Positions 40,195 to 51,018 of a DNA stretch of 64,000 nucleotides are shown here, piece by piece; within the stretch, counting starts at the first letter, position 1; every line of letters starts with the position of its first letter. Source of the DNA: an uncultured Chloroflexia bacterium (GTDB taxonomy: Bacteria > Chloroflexota > Dehalococcoidia > UBA2979); assembly GCA_963728205.1 (NCBI GenBank), contig CAVSIV010000001.1, positions 1,120,001 through 1,184,000 of the forward strand, read 5' to 3'. Under the pieces are notes generated by a model, which saw nothing but the letters and a program-made list of their open reading frames with translations, was not told where the DNA came from and made no database searches. The translations under genes were made by a program, and so were the position numbers.

Positions 40195-41097
40195 CTACTG
40201 TACCACAACAGTCACGTTCGCATTGTCTCCATATGGCTGGTGAAGATTATCAGCGTAGCCCCGAGGGAAGACGCCGAAGGTCCAAGTGCCTGAAGGTTGT
40301 CCCGTCCACGTTCCTCCGCTCGAGTTCTTCGTGGTGGCACCAACATATGTCCAGCTGGAGCCCGTCCAGCGCCAGATACTGAAATCAGCCTCATTGTGGA
40401 CGTTCGAGGGATCCCACGAGAGCGATACCCCACCGGCATATGGCGACGAACCACTAAGGCTCGAAACGGCGTCGATGTGGTACGCGTTGTGGTAATTCGT
40501 GAGGTCCAGCGTTTGTGGCGTCGTGTACCAGCAAGTTTCTGTCGTGTCCATCAGCGTGGCACCTGCCGGGCAGCCAGAGTAATCCGCATGACCAAAGACG
40601 TGGCCCAACTCATGCGTCACGTCGCGTGACGTGTGGGCCGCCCCATCTGCCCAGCAGGATCCACCACAACCGAACAAGCTTGGATTGACCCAAACCGTGG
40701 TCGGGTTATTGAGACTGTAAGAAGGATCCCCGGTCGTGCTCGTTGGTGCCGTGCACATGTGCGCGCCAGACGTGCAGTTTGAAGAGAACCCGCTGGTCGT
40801 GACCGTCACGGATGCCGGACAAGTGACGGAGCTCAGGGCCGTGAAACCTAGCGCGGAGTTCCACCGTGAGACACCCGTCGAGGTCGAACTTGTGAACCCG
40901 CTGCTGCAGACCGTGACTGCGGTTCCGCCGATCAGGCCCTGCTGCAGGCCGTAGTTCCAACCAGCTATGAGGTGGCCGTCAGTGTGATCAGCGTGCGCGA
41001 CCTGCTGGCCAAAGAAGCCGGCCATGAAGCCGCCTGACATCACGACGAACACCGCTAGAAGCAGTAGCCAGCGATTTCGGAACTGCGAAGTGTTCAC
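40195..41097 (-). CDS. Secreted metzincin zinc metalloprotease with FN3-like C-terminal domain
   Basis: Signal peptide ending AHA; HELGHVFGHAD; Met-turn TLMD; VSLSW...FSIWR...WTFGV. Confidence 0.75.
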   Translation of the reverse strand: MNTSQFRNRWLLLLAVFVVMSGGFMAGFFGQQVAHADHTDGHLIAGWNYGLQQGLIGGTAVTVCSSGFTSSTSTGVSRWNSALGFTALSSVTCPASVTVTTSGFSSNCTSGAHMCTAPTSTTGDPSYSLNNPTTVWVNPSLFGCGGSCWADGAAHTSRDVTHELGHVFGHADYSGCPAGATLMDTTETCWYTTPQTLDLTNYHNAYHIDAVSSLSGSSPYAGGVSLSWDPSNVHNEADFSIWRWTGSSWTYVGATTKNSSGGTWTGQPSGTWTFGVFPRGYADNLHQPYGDNANVTVVVQ

Positions 41098-41579
41098 GGC
41101 GTGCTCCTGACTGAGGATGTAACATCGTCGAAGAGCTCGCCAGGAAGGCTTCCATTGGCCCCTGGAAGCCTGTCGACCTCTGTACCCTTGGCCCCGTCAA
41201 TTCGAAGCAACGCGCCAGTCTGAGGATCCTCGAAAATGAGCAAGAGGAGGCCGCCAGGATCGTTGACTGTTGCGACCTTGTAGGCGAGCTCGCCGCCGGC
41301 CGGGACCGTCAGATACCAACCCGTTCCGTCCACGCGATACGTCCCGGATCCGACCTCATCACCCCAGCGAACAATGGGGACTCCCCTCGCATCGAACTTC
41401 GGCGGGGATGAAGAAGGGCCCGGGGGAAGCGGCGGCAGGGCAGTGGGCCCCAGGGGTGGCGGGGTTGCGGACGGCGGGGGCGCACCAGCGCCAGGGGCGC
41501 CAAGTGCAACGCCAGCGCCGACGCTTAGGGCTGCTACCAGGACAAGGCCCGCTACGAGCGCGATAGGATTCCTTCTCAA
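41094..41579 (-). CDS. Secreted hypothetical protein, Pro-rich linker
   Basis: Signal peptide; GAGGAG RBS; 4-bp overlap with protease gene. Confidence 0.65.
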   Translation of the reverse strand: MRRNPIALVAGLVLVAALSVGAGVALGAPGAGAPPPSATPPPLGPTALPPLPPGPSSSPPKFDARGVPIVRWGDEVGSGTYRVDGTGWYLTVPAGGELAYKVATVNDPGGLLLLIFEDPQTGALLRIDGAKGTEVDRLPGANGSLPGELFDDVTSSVRSTP

Positions 41580-41834
41580 CGCGTTTGCTCCTCACCTACG
41601 GTTCGGGTGTCGCCTTCATCGTCTTAGATCATGCTTCGGCGCCCCCCTCTACTTCGCACTACGCACTACACCGTCGCTTCTATCTGTAATACGTGAACAC
41701 GAATAAGACCCAATGCGTACCGTAATTGTGATCGGTCGATCTTGCGCTCTCCTCCTCGACGGTCGCGGGGTAGTAGTCGAGCTGCGCCTCCGCCCGGGGC
41801 CGTGCGGTGTCTCTAGCACCCGACACCGCGCCCC

Positions 41835-42500
41835 GCTCGTCGAGAAGCCGCGCTGGTCCCCACGCTCGAGCACCGTGCGGAGCCACTCGGCGTCCTCGTA
41901 GGCCACCTCACGTCCGATGGATGCGGTGCGACCGCCGCGTGCGCCGAGCAGGCGCGAGCACTCCAGCTCCACGAGGCGGCGGGGGAGGCCGCGATCACCT
42001 CATTCGAGCCGCGGGGCTCGACGTGGGGGCTGAGGTCCGAGCGGGGTCCTCGAAATCGACGAGGCGGCCGAGCCAGTTCGGGCTCACGTGTCCCGTGCGG
42101 TCGGTGAGCGCGAGCATGCGAGGGATGTACGTGCATCGCGACGTACGCTCGCGTCTCCGGGCTCGCCGCCGGCGCGACGAGGTCCGCGGCCGAGCTTGGC
42201 GAGCGCGAAGCGACCGCGATAGCTGGAGCGGGCGGGCGCGGCCATCGCCTGGTGAGGGGCGACGCAGCCGGCTACGCACTGCCGGCCTCGAGCACGGGCC
42301 GGGAGCGCGTCATGATCGCGGTCGCCCACAGGTGTGCCGCCCGCGCGGGCGGCGAGGCGACGCCCACCGTTCCCCGCCAAAGCGCGAGGGCGTCCGCCGT
42401 CTGCCGCTCCATCGACACCCCGAGGGCCGCGAGCGCCTGCGCCACGTCGTTGCAGCGAAACGCGAGCAACGGTCGCGCGGCGGCGAGGTCGCTCTGGGCG
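41835..42500 (-). pseudogene. Decayed second copy of virB4 5' end and upstream gene 3' end
   Basis: Colinear nucleotide similarity to 30695-31363; HVSPNWLGRLVDFE, REVAYED, LAFRCN.VAQAL retained. Confidence 0.85.
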
Positions 42501-42519
42501 GCGGGCGTCGGCGCGAGCA

Positions 42520-43062
42520 GTCCCCTTTCTACACGGCTTCCGCCTACATCGCGGGCACGCGGGTGACGGCGCGGGAGATTGCCGCCCTCTACCGGCACGG
42601 TTTGACCGGCGAGCGGATCGGCGAGGAATTCCCGGACGTACCGCTCAGCCACATTCATGCGGCTGTCGCCTACTCCTCGCGAACCGTGAGCGGATCGATG
42701 CCGATCTGAGCGCCGAGACCGCTTCTGTCTCGATGAAGACGTGGGTCGCGCGCTCCTGCTCGCGCTTCGTGCGAATGGGATCGACGTGCTCTCGATGGTC
42801 GGGCGGACAGCGCGGGCAGCCGGGCGCCACCCAACTCGCATTCGCGACGGCCAGTGGTCGCGTGCTTGTGACGCGCAACGTCAGCGACTTCGCCGTCCAC
42901 CGGGGGGATGCTGACGAGTGGGCGCACCAAGCCAGCATCATCGCGATCTCCCGCCAGCGATTCGCGGCCGGGCTCCACGCGGCCGCACTCGCCCGCCTCG
43001 CCGCTCGCTTCACCCCGGAAGAGACGACCGGGGGCATGAAGTACCTGAGCAACTGGCGGTAG
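42520..43062 (+). pseudogene. DUF433 antitoxin / DUF5615 PIN toxin pair, truncated and frameshifted
   Basis: IAGTRV...I......G...E.I.EEFP......IHAA.AY; QLAFA...GRVLVTRN..DF. Confidence 0.7.
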
Positions 43063-43175
43063 TGCGAGGTGGCACCGGACGCCGCCGCCTGGATGCGTCG
43101 CATCCCGTCGTCACTACAACCCGGCGAGGGAATTCCGCCGTGCCCCTTGGCATCGGGAGTACTTGGCAGCAACGT

Positions 43176-43994
43176 ATGGACCGGATGAGCGCGACTCGCG
43201 CGAGCTACGACGCGGACCCGCAGTCCGAGTGGGAACGCTTGGACGGACGGGTGCAGAACCGGATCGAGTATCTGGTAACCATCCGCCGCGCTCGAGCGGC
43301 ATCTGCCGCCACCAGCAGCGCGTGTGTCCGTGCTCGACGCCGGCAGCGGGCCGGGCCGATACACCATCGACCTTGCGCGCCGCGGCTACAGCGTGACCTT
43401 GCTCGATCCGAGCCCGCAGGTGCTCCGTCTCGCTCGTGAACGGGTCGCGGCGGCGGGCAACATGGTGTCCGCCCGTGTCATGGGGATGGTTGAGGGATCA
43501 ATCACCGCCCTCCCAACATCGACGGATCGTACGTTCGATGCCGTGCTCTGCGTTGGAGGTGTGCTCTCGCACCTGCTCGACGCGCGCGAGCGTCTCGCCG
43601 CGCTGCTCGAGCTGCGCCGGGTCGCTAAGCCCGGAGCGCCGATCGTCATCTCCGTGTTGAACCACCTCGCCTCGTACCGGGCGGCGGTGCTTTGGCCGGG
43701 ACTGTGGGACACCTGGGATCCGGCTTTCCTCGGCGACACTCGCACCGCGCCGATTGCGAATGGCGCCCTCGTGTATGAGTTCTGGCCGAGGAATTCGCCG
43801 CCGTGCTCTCTGAAGCAAGACTGACCATCAGAGACGTATACGGCTGTCAGAGCCTGGCAGCACATCTCCCGGCAGCGCGTGGAGACTCTGATGGCGGATC
43901 CACGACGCTGGACGCAGTGCCGCAGCGCGCTCCTCAGCAGAGCCAACGATCCGGGCGTCGTCGGGCTATCTTGCCATCTCATCGCCGTCACTGA
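43176..43994 (+). pseudogene. Class I SAM methyltransferase, frameshifted
   Basis: EWERL, VLDAGSGPGRY, FDAVLC.GG.LSH, RV.KPG. Confidence 0.7.
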
Positions 43995-44020
43995 AGCGAC
44001 GACATAAGCGGCACCGTCGC

Positions 44021-44497
44021 TCAGCGGAGCAAGGCGACGACGCCCCCGAGCGCGAGCCAGGGCGCGTATGCGATGAGGATCCTGGCGCGCTCCCGGCGGA
44101 GGACCAGGATGATGCTCGCGGCGATGCCCCCTGCGATCGCGGTTACGATGCCGGCGACGACGATGCCGCGTATCCCCACCACCGCGCCCACGAGCGCTGC
44201 CATCTTTACGTCGCCCCCACCGAGCCCGCCCCGACTCAGCCCGCGGATGAGCAAGGCGACGCAGAACGCGATGAAGGCAGCGGCCACGCTCGCCAGGAGA
44301 TCACCGTGTGGTCGCACTACCGAGAATACGAGCGCGAGGACGATCGCCGGATAGACAACAGCGTTCGGGATCCGCTGGTAGCGCAGGTCGCACCACGCGA
44401 GCCACACGAGGCCCCCGCCGAACAACACGATCGCCGCGGTCTTCCAAGGGTCTCCGCTCGCGGAGGCCTCGAGCATCTTCAGCGCGCTACTCGCCAT
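44021..44497 (-). CDS. Prepilin peptidase A24 (TadV/CpaA-like)
   Basis: CDLRYQRIPN and GLGGGDVK catalytic Asp motifs; IAYAPWL. Confidence 0.88.
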   Translation of the reverse strand: MASSALKMLEASASGDPWKTAAIVLFGGGLVWLAWCDLRYQRIPNAVVYPAIVLALVFSVVRPHGDLLASVAAAFIAFCVALLIRGLSRGGLGGGDVKMAALVGAVVGIRGIVVAGIVTAIAGGIAASIILVLRRERARILIAYAPWLALGGVVALLR

Positions 44498-47400
44498 CCC
44501 GCTCGCCGTTCAACAGCTGCGCGAGCAGTTCGCTCGTCTCTGGCGACGGCGCCGCGCCGGGGTCGTCGAGCTCGCGCTGGACCGCCTCCGACAGTGCTCG
44601 GTAGGCCTTGCGTGCGCCGGCGAGATCCCCGTCGTCCGCGAGGGAGCGCATCAGCCTGCGTGTCGTCCCCTCGTCGATTGGCTCGACCGCCAGGATCGCG
44701 CGGTAGAGCCCGGCGGCGCGGTCATGCATGCCGAGGCGCTCCGCGATCACGGCGCCCTTCCGCGCGGCCTCGAACAGCTGACCTCGATACGTCTGGCGGT
44801 AGTCATCGACCCAGCTGAAGAACTCGCCGCCGAGGAAATCGCCCTCGTACAGGCTGACGGCGCGTTCGTACTCGGCCAGCGCCTCGGCGTCCCGCAGGTA
44901 GGCCGCGCGCCTGATCGCACCGTCGAAGACGTCGAGATCGACGTCGAACTCCTCCGCTGCGAGGTGCATGCGTTGCTTGACGACGACAACCGACCGGAGC
45001 CGCTTGTTCCCTGACGCCTTGCGCAAGGTGGAGCGGAGCATGCTCACCGCGTTCGACATCAAGTGTCTCGTGCTCGCATCCCAGCTGTAGTCCGGCCACA
45101 GCGCTTCGACGACCTGCTCGCGCCCCACCCACTGACCGCCATGAGCGAGCAGGAACGCCAGCAGTTCCCGCGCCTTGAACAGCGTCCATTGCTCGACGGG
45201 TTCGTCCCCGGCGAAGACCGCGAAGCGGCCCAGGCACTGCACGCGGATACTCGCCTCCGAGCTCGCTACGTCCGTGGCCTCTCCGCTGGCCTCACCTCGT
45301 CCAAAGAGCGCCGCCTGCCTCGCGCCCGCGAGCCTCGGCCCGGGCGCGGCTTCTGCCCCAGGGCGACTCTCGCTGCCGACTTCCGCGGCCGTTGCGGCCG
45401 TCGCGACGAGTTCATCCCTCGGCTCGCTGTCGTTCCCGCAAGACGCCTCACTGCACGGGGGCTCGTCGGCCACGAGCTCTTCGCCCAGCGCTGCTTCGCC
45501 GTCCGCGCGCTCCGCCAACTCGCGGCTGTCGGGAGTCGCGTCGTGGGAGCCACCGTCGGCCGTCCGATGGAGTTTCAGGCGTCGGTTGGTGCAGATCCGG
45601 AGCGTCGCCAGCCAGCGTGACGCCGGCGGGTCTGCGCGCCCTCCTCGCCTGGTTGGCGGGCTTCCTCACTGCTCGCCTCTGCCCTCACGTCGCAGTCGTC
45701 GCGGTCCGCTTCGTCGGGCCCCGTGTCGATCCACCGGGTCCTCTGAACTCGGGGCCGATGACCCGTCCGGTGGCGTGCTGCTTCCTGACTCGGGTTCCGG
45801 CTTGACCGTCGACGTCGCGCCATCGCTCCTGGTCGCTAGCAGGCGCCAGCTCGGGCGGCCACAGCGCCCAGCGGCTCTGCGCCGGCCGCGAGGCGCGGCG
45901 ACGCATCGCGGCGGACGGCGACGGGATGAAGGAGCAGCGGCTGCTCGCGACCGAGGGTGAGCGCGATCGGTCCGGCCTCCTCGTCGGCCGTCTCGTCTTC
46001 GGCTTCGTCGTCGGACGTGCGGAAGTTCACGGCGGCCCGCCAGATCGACGCACGCGCTGCCGCTTCCTCGGCTGGCACACTCACCACCGCGAACACGTCG
46101 GCTCGTGACGCGTCGCTCAGCACCGCCTCGAGCGCGGCATCGCGGTCCGCGGGCGGAGCATGCGACCACGACGAGCGGCCGGTCCCCGCCGCCACTCCCC
46201 CGCGATCGCACGAGCTCGCTGAGCTCTTCGACGAGCTCGCTGGCATCGATAGGCGGCGCCCCGCCGACGTGCGGCACGTCGGCCGCTTCGCCGAGAAGCG
46301 CTGCGGCGCCCGTGTCCAGGCGGACGCTCAGCTCCTGCGGCTGATGCGTCGTGGTGAGCGTGGCGAGCCAGGCTCGCAGGAGCTGGCGGCGTTCGAATCT
46401 CGCTGCCGGCGACCGCGACGGTGCCGGCCGCAGCGAGGTTCAGGTACACCGGCCCGTCTCGTCGGCTCCGACGGGTACGACGAGCGCGGCCGGGCCACCG
46501 CCTCCGAGCCCCTCGTCGAGCATCGCCGCGAGCCGCTGGAACCCGTCGACCGTGAGCGCCGCCTGCGTCCGCCCAATCACCTCGGCGTCAATCTCGCAGC
46601 GCAGTCGGCGTTCGAGGTCGTGGCGCTGGCCGACGAGCGCCTCGGCGTCTCCGTCCGGGCACTCCACCGTGAACTCGAGCCGGCTGCCCGCCTCGTGCAC
46701 GAGCAGCGGCCGCGCCCTGGCGAACCCGTAATCAGCGAGCGCGCGGGCGACCGCCCGGGTCGCGAGCGTCACGCGTCCGGCGTCACCCGCGCCTCCGCGT
46801 CCTCGGCCACGCAAGAGAGGCGCCCCCTCGCGCACGAGCCGCCGCACGAAGACCGCGGTGCCGCCGATGAGGATGAAGCCGGCGACGGACACGAGCACCG
46901 CGGGCGCGACCGATGGCCACTCCCAGCCCCGGCTGACATGCGCTTCCCCGCCACTCTGCGCGTGCGTCGCCCCGCCCGTCGCCCGTGAGCGCGTGGCGAC
47001 TTCTGCGGTAGCGGTCGGAGTGGGACTGCGCGCCGGCGCGACGTCGTTCGGCGACGCGCTCGTCACGTTCGCGGGCAGATCGAGCGTCCACCCCGGGAAG
47101 ATGAGGTTCGGATCCGTGAAGCGGCGGCCGTCGGGCATCTCGCGCCCGCGGTTGGCCTGCCAGATCTCCATCCAGCGGAAGCCGTCGCCGAGGAACCGCG
47201 CAGCGACGCCCCATAGGCTGTCGCCCGGGCGCACGCGGTAAGTGGTCGCGGCGGCGGCCGTGCTGACGTTCCCCGCGGGTAGCGGCAGGCGGAGCACCCA
47301 TCCCGGCTGGATCAGTCGCGGGTCGTCGAACCGCTCGCCGTCCGGCATGAGGCGGCCGCGGTTCGTCTCGACGATGTCGACGAACCGGCTGCCGTCGCCG

Positions 47401-48026
47401 TACACGCGTCGGGCGATGTCCCAGAGGAAGTCGCCGCGCGCCACGGTGTAGTCGAGGAAGCGTGGCTGTTGCGAGAGTTGCGCGTCGCTTTCGGCCAGCG
47501 GCAAACGCCCGACGGCACCGCCCGTGGCGCCAGCGCCAGCGTGGCCGAGATCGTCGTCGGCGCCGGCGCGGCGGTTGCGCGCGGCGCCGTTGGTGCCCAG
47601 CTGGCGACGAGGAGAGTCGCCGCGACTCCGCCGTCCACCAAGCGCCTCACTGCCGGAATCGTCACCAGCTCGCTCAGACTGCATCCCGACGCGCGCCCAG
47701 CTCGCGCCACCACTCAGCGCGTCGAGCGTCGCGACCACGAATCGCAGCGCGGTGGTCAGTGCGAGGTATCCGAGCGCGAGCCACGCAATCGTCGTCGCGA
47801 CCGTGATGATGTCCGCGTCGCTGAGCTGGGAGCCGGCCAGGACGTGACGGATGTACTGCCAGTCCGGCGGGGCGGCGGCGAACCGCGGTGTCCCGGTCAT
47901 CCTCCAGAGGCCGAGGGCGAGCAGCGACGCCAGGGCGAGCAGCGTCACCATGCCCAGCGCGCTCGCGGCTCTCGGGGCCGGGTCCGCCGTTCGCATGGAC
48001 GGGTGCTGCCTATGCGTAGTCGCCAT
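44487..48026 (-). CDS. Transmembrane LysM-LysM...wHTH-BTAD (SARP-like) protein, split by frameshifts
   Basis: N-terminal TMs; two LysM (YTVARGDFLWDIA...LIQPGWVL; YRVRPGDSLWGVA...LIFPGWTL); TM; VVPVG..YLNL..AG domain; LGRF.V, KARELLAFL, EALWP, VDLD.F, LY.GDFL, EP.DE, PSPET. Confidence 0.75.
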
Positions 48027-48045
48027 CGCGGGCTCCGACTCCGTG

Positions 48046-48965
48046 CTACCGCGCGGCGGTCAGCACTGACTGCACCTGCTGGACCGGGTAGTCGCGCGCG
48101 AACGACCGCGAGACGGAGGCGAGCGGTGCCCAGGAGCCACCATTGACGCGGTAACGCGCGCTGAACGTGATCTCGAGCCGCACCGTGTAGGCGCCGCTCG
48201 CGGCCAGCGAGGACTGCTCATACGTGTGTCGAATGTCGCTCTCAGCCGGATAGGCCTGGCCGAGCGATTGGGTGGCGAGCGTCGCCCCGTCGCCGAAGCT
48301 CCACTGGTAGCTCTGCGGCGCGATCTCGACCTCCACCGTCGTAAGACCGAGCGTGCGCGATCCACGCAGCCCTGAGCCGTCGTAGCCCTCGACCCAGAAC
48401 CACGAGGGCATCGCGACGAGCCCGGTCGTCGGGTTCATGCCGACTTGGATCGGCGGGAGCGGCACGATCCCGAAGACGGAGTCCACGAGCGTCGCGGGAT
48501 CAACGGCCGGCGCCGGCCCCGCGACCTCCGAGACGCTCGGTGTAGTCGCGCCGGTCGGGACCCACGCGATGCCCGCCGTACCGTCGGTACAGCTCACGAA
48601 CCACGGCGTGCTATTTGGGTGCGCATCCGCGCCCTGCCGGAACCAGTGCGTGTCCGCGATGCCGATGTTCATCGGCGCTGCGTCGCACGCCGGTCCTTGC
48701 GTGCCGTTGACCCGTTGCGTGGAGCCGCCATCGGCGTGGCGCCCGGGCCGTGTGCTGGCTTGTTGGATGTAGATCGTCACGCCGTCGATCCGCTCGCCAC
48801 ATGAATCCGCCCTTGGTTGGCGCCAGGAGTTCCGCCGAGCCGATTTGTAGGGGCCGTCTGCAGCAGCGGTCTGCGATCACCAGTGCCATCGCCAGCACCC
48901 CGAGCGCACGAGCCTGCGAGCCGACCGGCGGCGCGCGGCACTCACTCCTCGCGCACGCTGCCTAG
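48046..48965 (-). CDS. Secreted Tad-associated protein with PKD-like C-terminus, frameshifted
   Basis: P..GLV..P.WFWV, YQWSFGDG, HTY..SS, W. Confidence 0.6.
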
Positions 48966-49532
48966 GAGTCGACCTTCCAGAGGCCATCGACCTCGGACGA
49001 GCTTGAAGGTGTCCCGCAGCGACTGCGCTGACTTCCGATTGCCAGTCGGAGGGTTCTTCGTGACCGCGTCGACACGTAGCTGTTGTTCACGTATTGGTCG
49101 ATGACCGTCGGCGCTGTCCTCCGGCAACCTCGAGGCCACTGACGGAAGTCGTGCTTGACGACGACGCGCATCGGCGACGCCCTGACCTGCGCAGAGTCGC
49201 GAATCTCGTCGAGCGATCCGCTGGAGGCGCGTCTCCGGTCAGCTACCGCGTGGACGGTGCGAGCCATCGAGATCGGAGCAAGGCGCTGCTGTAGGCGCCC
49301 CAGTAGGCGAGGTACGCCCGCGAGACGCCGCGCGGAGCTCGTCGACCGTCGGAGTTCCCGTCGATGCCGGCATGTCGGCGGGTTCTGGCGTCGGCGGTAC
49401 GCGAGGCCGTAGGAGTCGTCGCACTCGCTTCACCGTCGGGCGTGCATCGCCCCCACCGCAACCCGCGATGATCGCGCACATGACTGCGACCACGACCAGC
49501 ACGACCCATGAGCGAGTGCGGCGCATCGACAT
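48962..49532 (-). CDS. Tad-associated lipoprotein, frameshifted
   Basis: Lipobox IAGC; AYLAYW; LV.G.WKV C-terminal NTF2-like strand. Confidence 0.55.
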
Positions 49533-49534
49533 CG

Positions 49535-49973
49535 CTACCGTCCCGTCGTGATCCCGGCACGCGGCCGCGCGCTCGCCTGCGCCTCAATCGACACGCCGTC
49601 GATGCCGAGCACGCGCAGGAATGCGGTGTGCGCCGAGCGCTTCACGTCGACGATGACGCCGTCCGCCGTCGCGTCGATCGCGTAGTCGGCGGTGCTCGTG
49701 GCGAGGTAGTCCGTGGCAGCCGCGCGCGCCGCTGCCGGGTCGAGCACGACGTTCGAGCCGTTCGATGCGCGGTAGGCGTCCTGGTCGATCTGCATGGCAC
49801 CCGCGGCCGCCGCGGCGTCCGCGAGGCCCTGCAGATCCCGCCGCTGCACGAGCACCATGCCTCCGTCCGCGACCAGGCCCGCGACGGCCACGAGCCCGAG
49901 CATGAAGATCGCTACGAGCACCATCGCCTGGCCCGCGCTCCTCCCGGTGCAGTCCTTTCAGCCATCGGGTCAC
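49535..49973 (-). CDS. TadG/TadE-like pseudopilin (frameshift near 5' end)
   Basis: GQAMVL...GLVADGG...LQGLADAAA.AGA. Confidence 0.78.
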
Positions 49974-50419
49974 GGCGCCGCCGCCGTCCGGCTGCGATAG
50001 AGGTCGACGCGCTCGGCCTGCGTGCTCGACACCGTCACAGCGAGCGTCCCGAGCAGCGGCAGGTCGCCCAGTCCCACCCGGTAGGATGCGCCCGCGCTCA
50101 CCGTCCCTCCCCTCGCAAAGCTGCCGGCGTCGATAGTGAGCCCGACCTGGTCGGGCGAGAGCCCATAGCCGCCGGCGACCTCCCGCGCTCGTGCCTGTGC
50201 CGCGTCGATGCCATCCGCTGCGGACGCGGAGGTCGCGAGCGTCCGCGCCGCCTCGCGCGCGACCGCGTGCACGCCAATCTCCGCCCGCGCCACGCGCCCG
50301 ACCATGACGACGACGAACGCGATCACGAGCACGACGGGGAGCACGAGCGCGGCCTCCACGAGCGCGCCCCCGGACTCGTCGGCGAGCATCCGCCGCAGCG
50401 CGGTGAGGTCATGGACCAC
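49970..50419 (-). CDS. TadE-like pseudopilin
   Basis: DESG/GALVEAALVLP...AREAAR. Confidence 0.82.
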   Translation of the reverse strand: MVHDLTALRRMLADESGGALVEAALVLPVVLVIAFVVVMVGRVARAEIGVHAVAREAARTLATSASAADGIDAAQARAREVAGGYGLSPDQVGLTIDAGSFARGGTVSAGASYRVGLGDLPLLGTLAVTVSSTQAERVDLYRSRTAAAP

Positions 50420-50832
50420 TGCGGAATCCCTCCTTGCGCACCTCCGACGTCGCGTCAGATCGGGATCGCCAGCCTCGTCACCCACGGGATGAAGAGCGGG
50501 TACGTGCCGCGCGCCTGCGTCACCACGACGTCCCCGCGGTCTTCGGTCGTGACCGTGAACGCTCCGCTCGTCGCGCCGAGCCCGGCCTGGAGCACCGACT
50601 GCGTGCGCGTCGCGCCGTCGGTGAGCGAGCCGCCGTCGGCCGCGGCGATGCGCGAGCCCTCGGCGGCGGCGGTCGCCGCGACGTTCTCGGCGTGCTGCAC
50701 GAGCGCGAACTGCACTGCGCCGAGCAGCGCGATCAGCAGGACCGGCAGCGCGATCGCGAGCTCGACCGTGCTCGCGCCCGACTCGTCGCGCAGCCAGCCC
50801 GCGCGCCTAGATGCTGCCGAGCGCCGTGACAA
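50409..50832 (-). CDS. TadE-like pseudopilin (start uncertain, frameshift near 3' end)
   Basis: DESG/ASTVELAIALP...AAEGSRIAA. Confidence 0.8.
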
Positions 50833-50992
50833 TGTTGCCGAACACTCCGGCGATCGTCGTGCCGAGCGTCTGCACGGCGGCCAGGGCCACGACCGCGATC
50901 AGCGCGGTGACGATCGCGTACTCGACCATCTCCGCCCCTCGTTCGTCTCGGTGGAGTGCGCGCGCTGCCGCCAGAACCAGCTCGAGCATCAC
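50807..50992 (-). CDS. flp: Flp type IVb pilin
   Basis: DERG/AEMVEYAIVTALIAV Flp motif; strong GAGGAG RBS. Confidence 0.9.
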   Translation of the reverse strand: MMLELVLAAARALHRDERGAEMVEYAIVTALIAVVALAAVQTLGTTIAGVFGNIVTALGSI

Positions 50993-51018
50993 GTCCTCCT
51001 CTCCTCGTCACATGGGTT

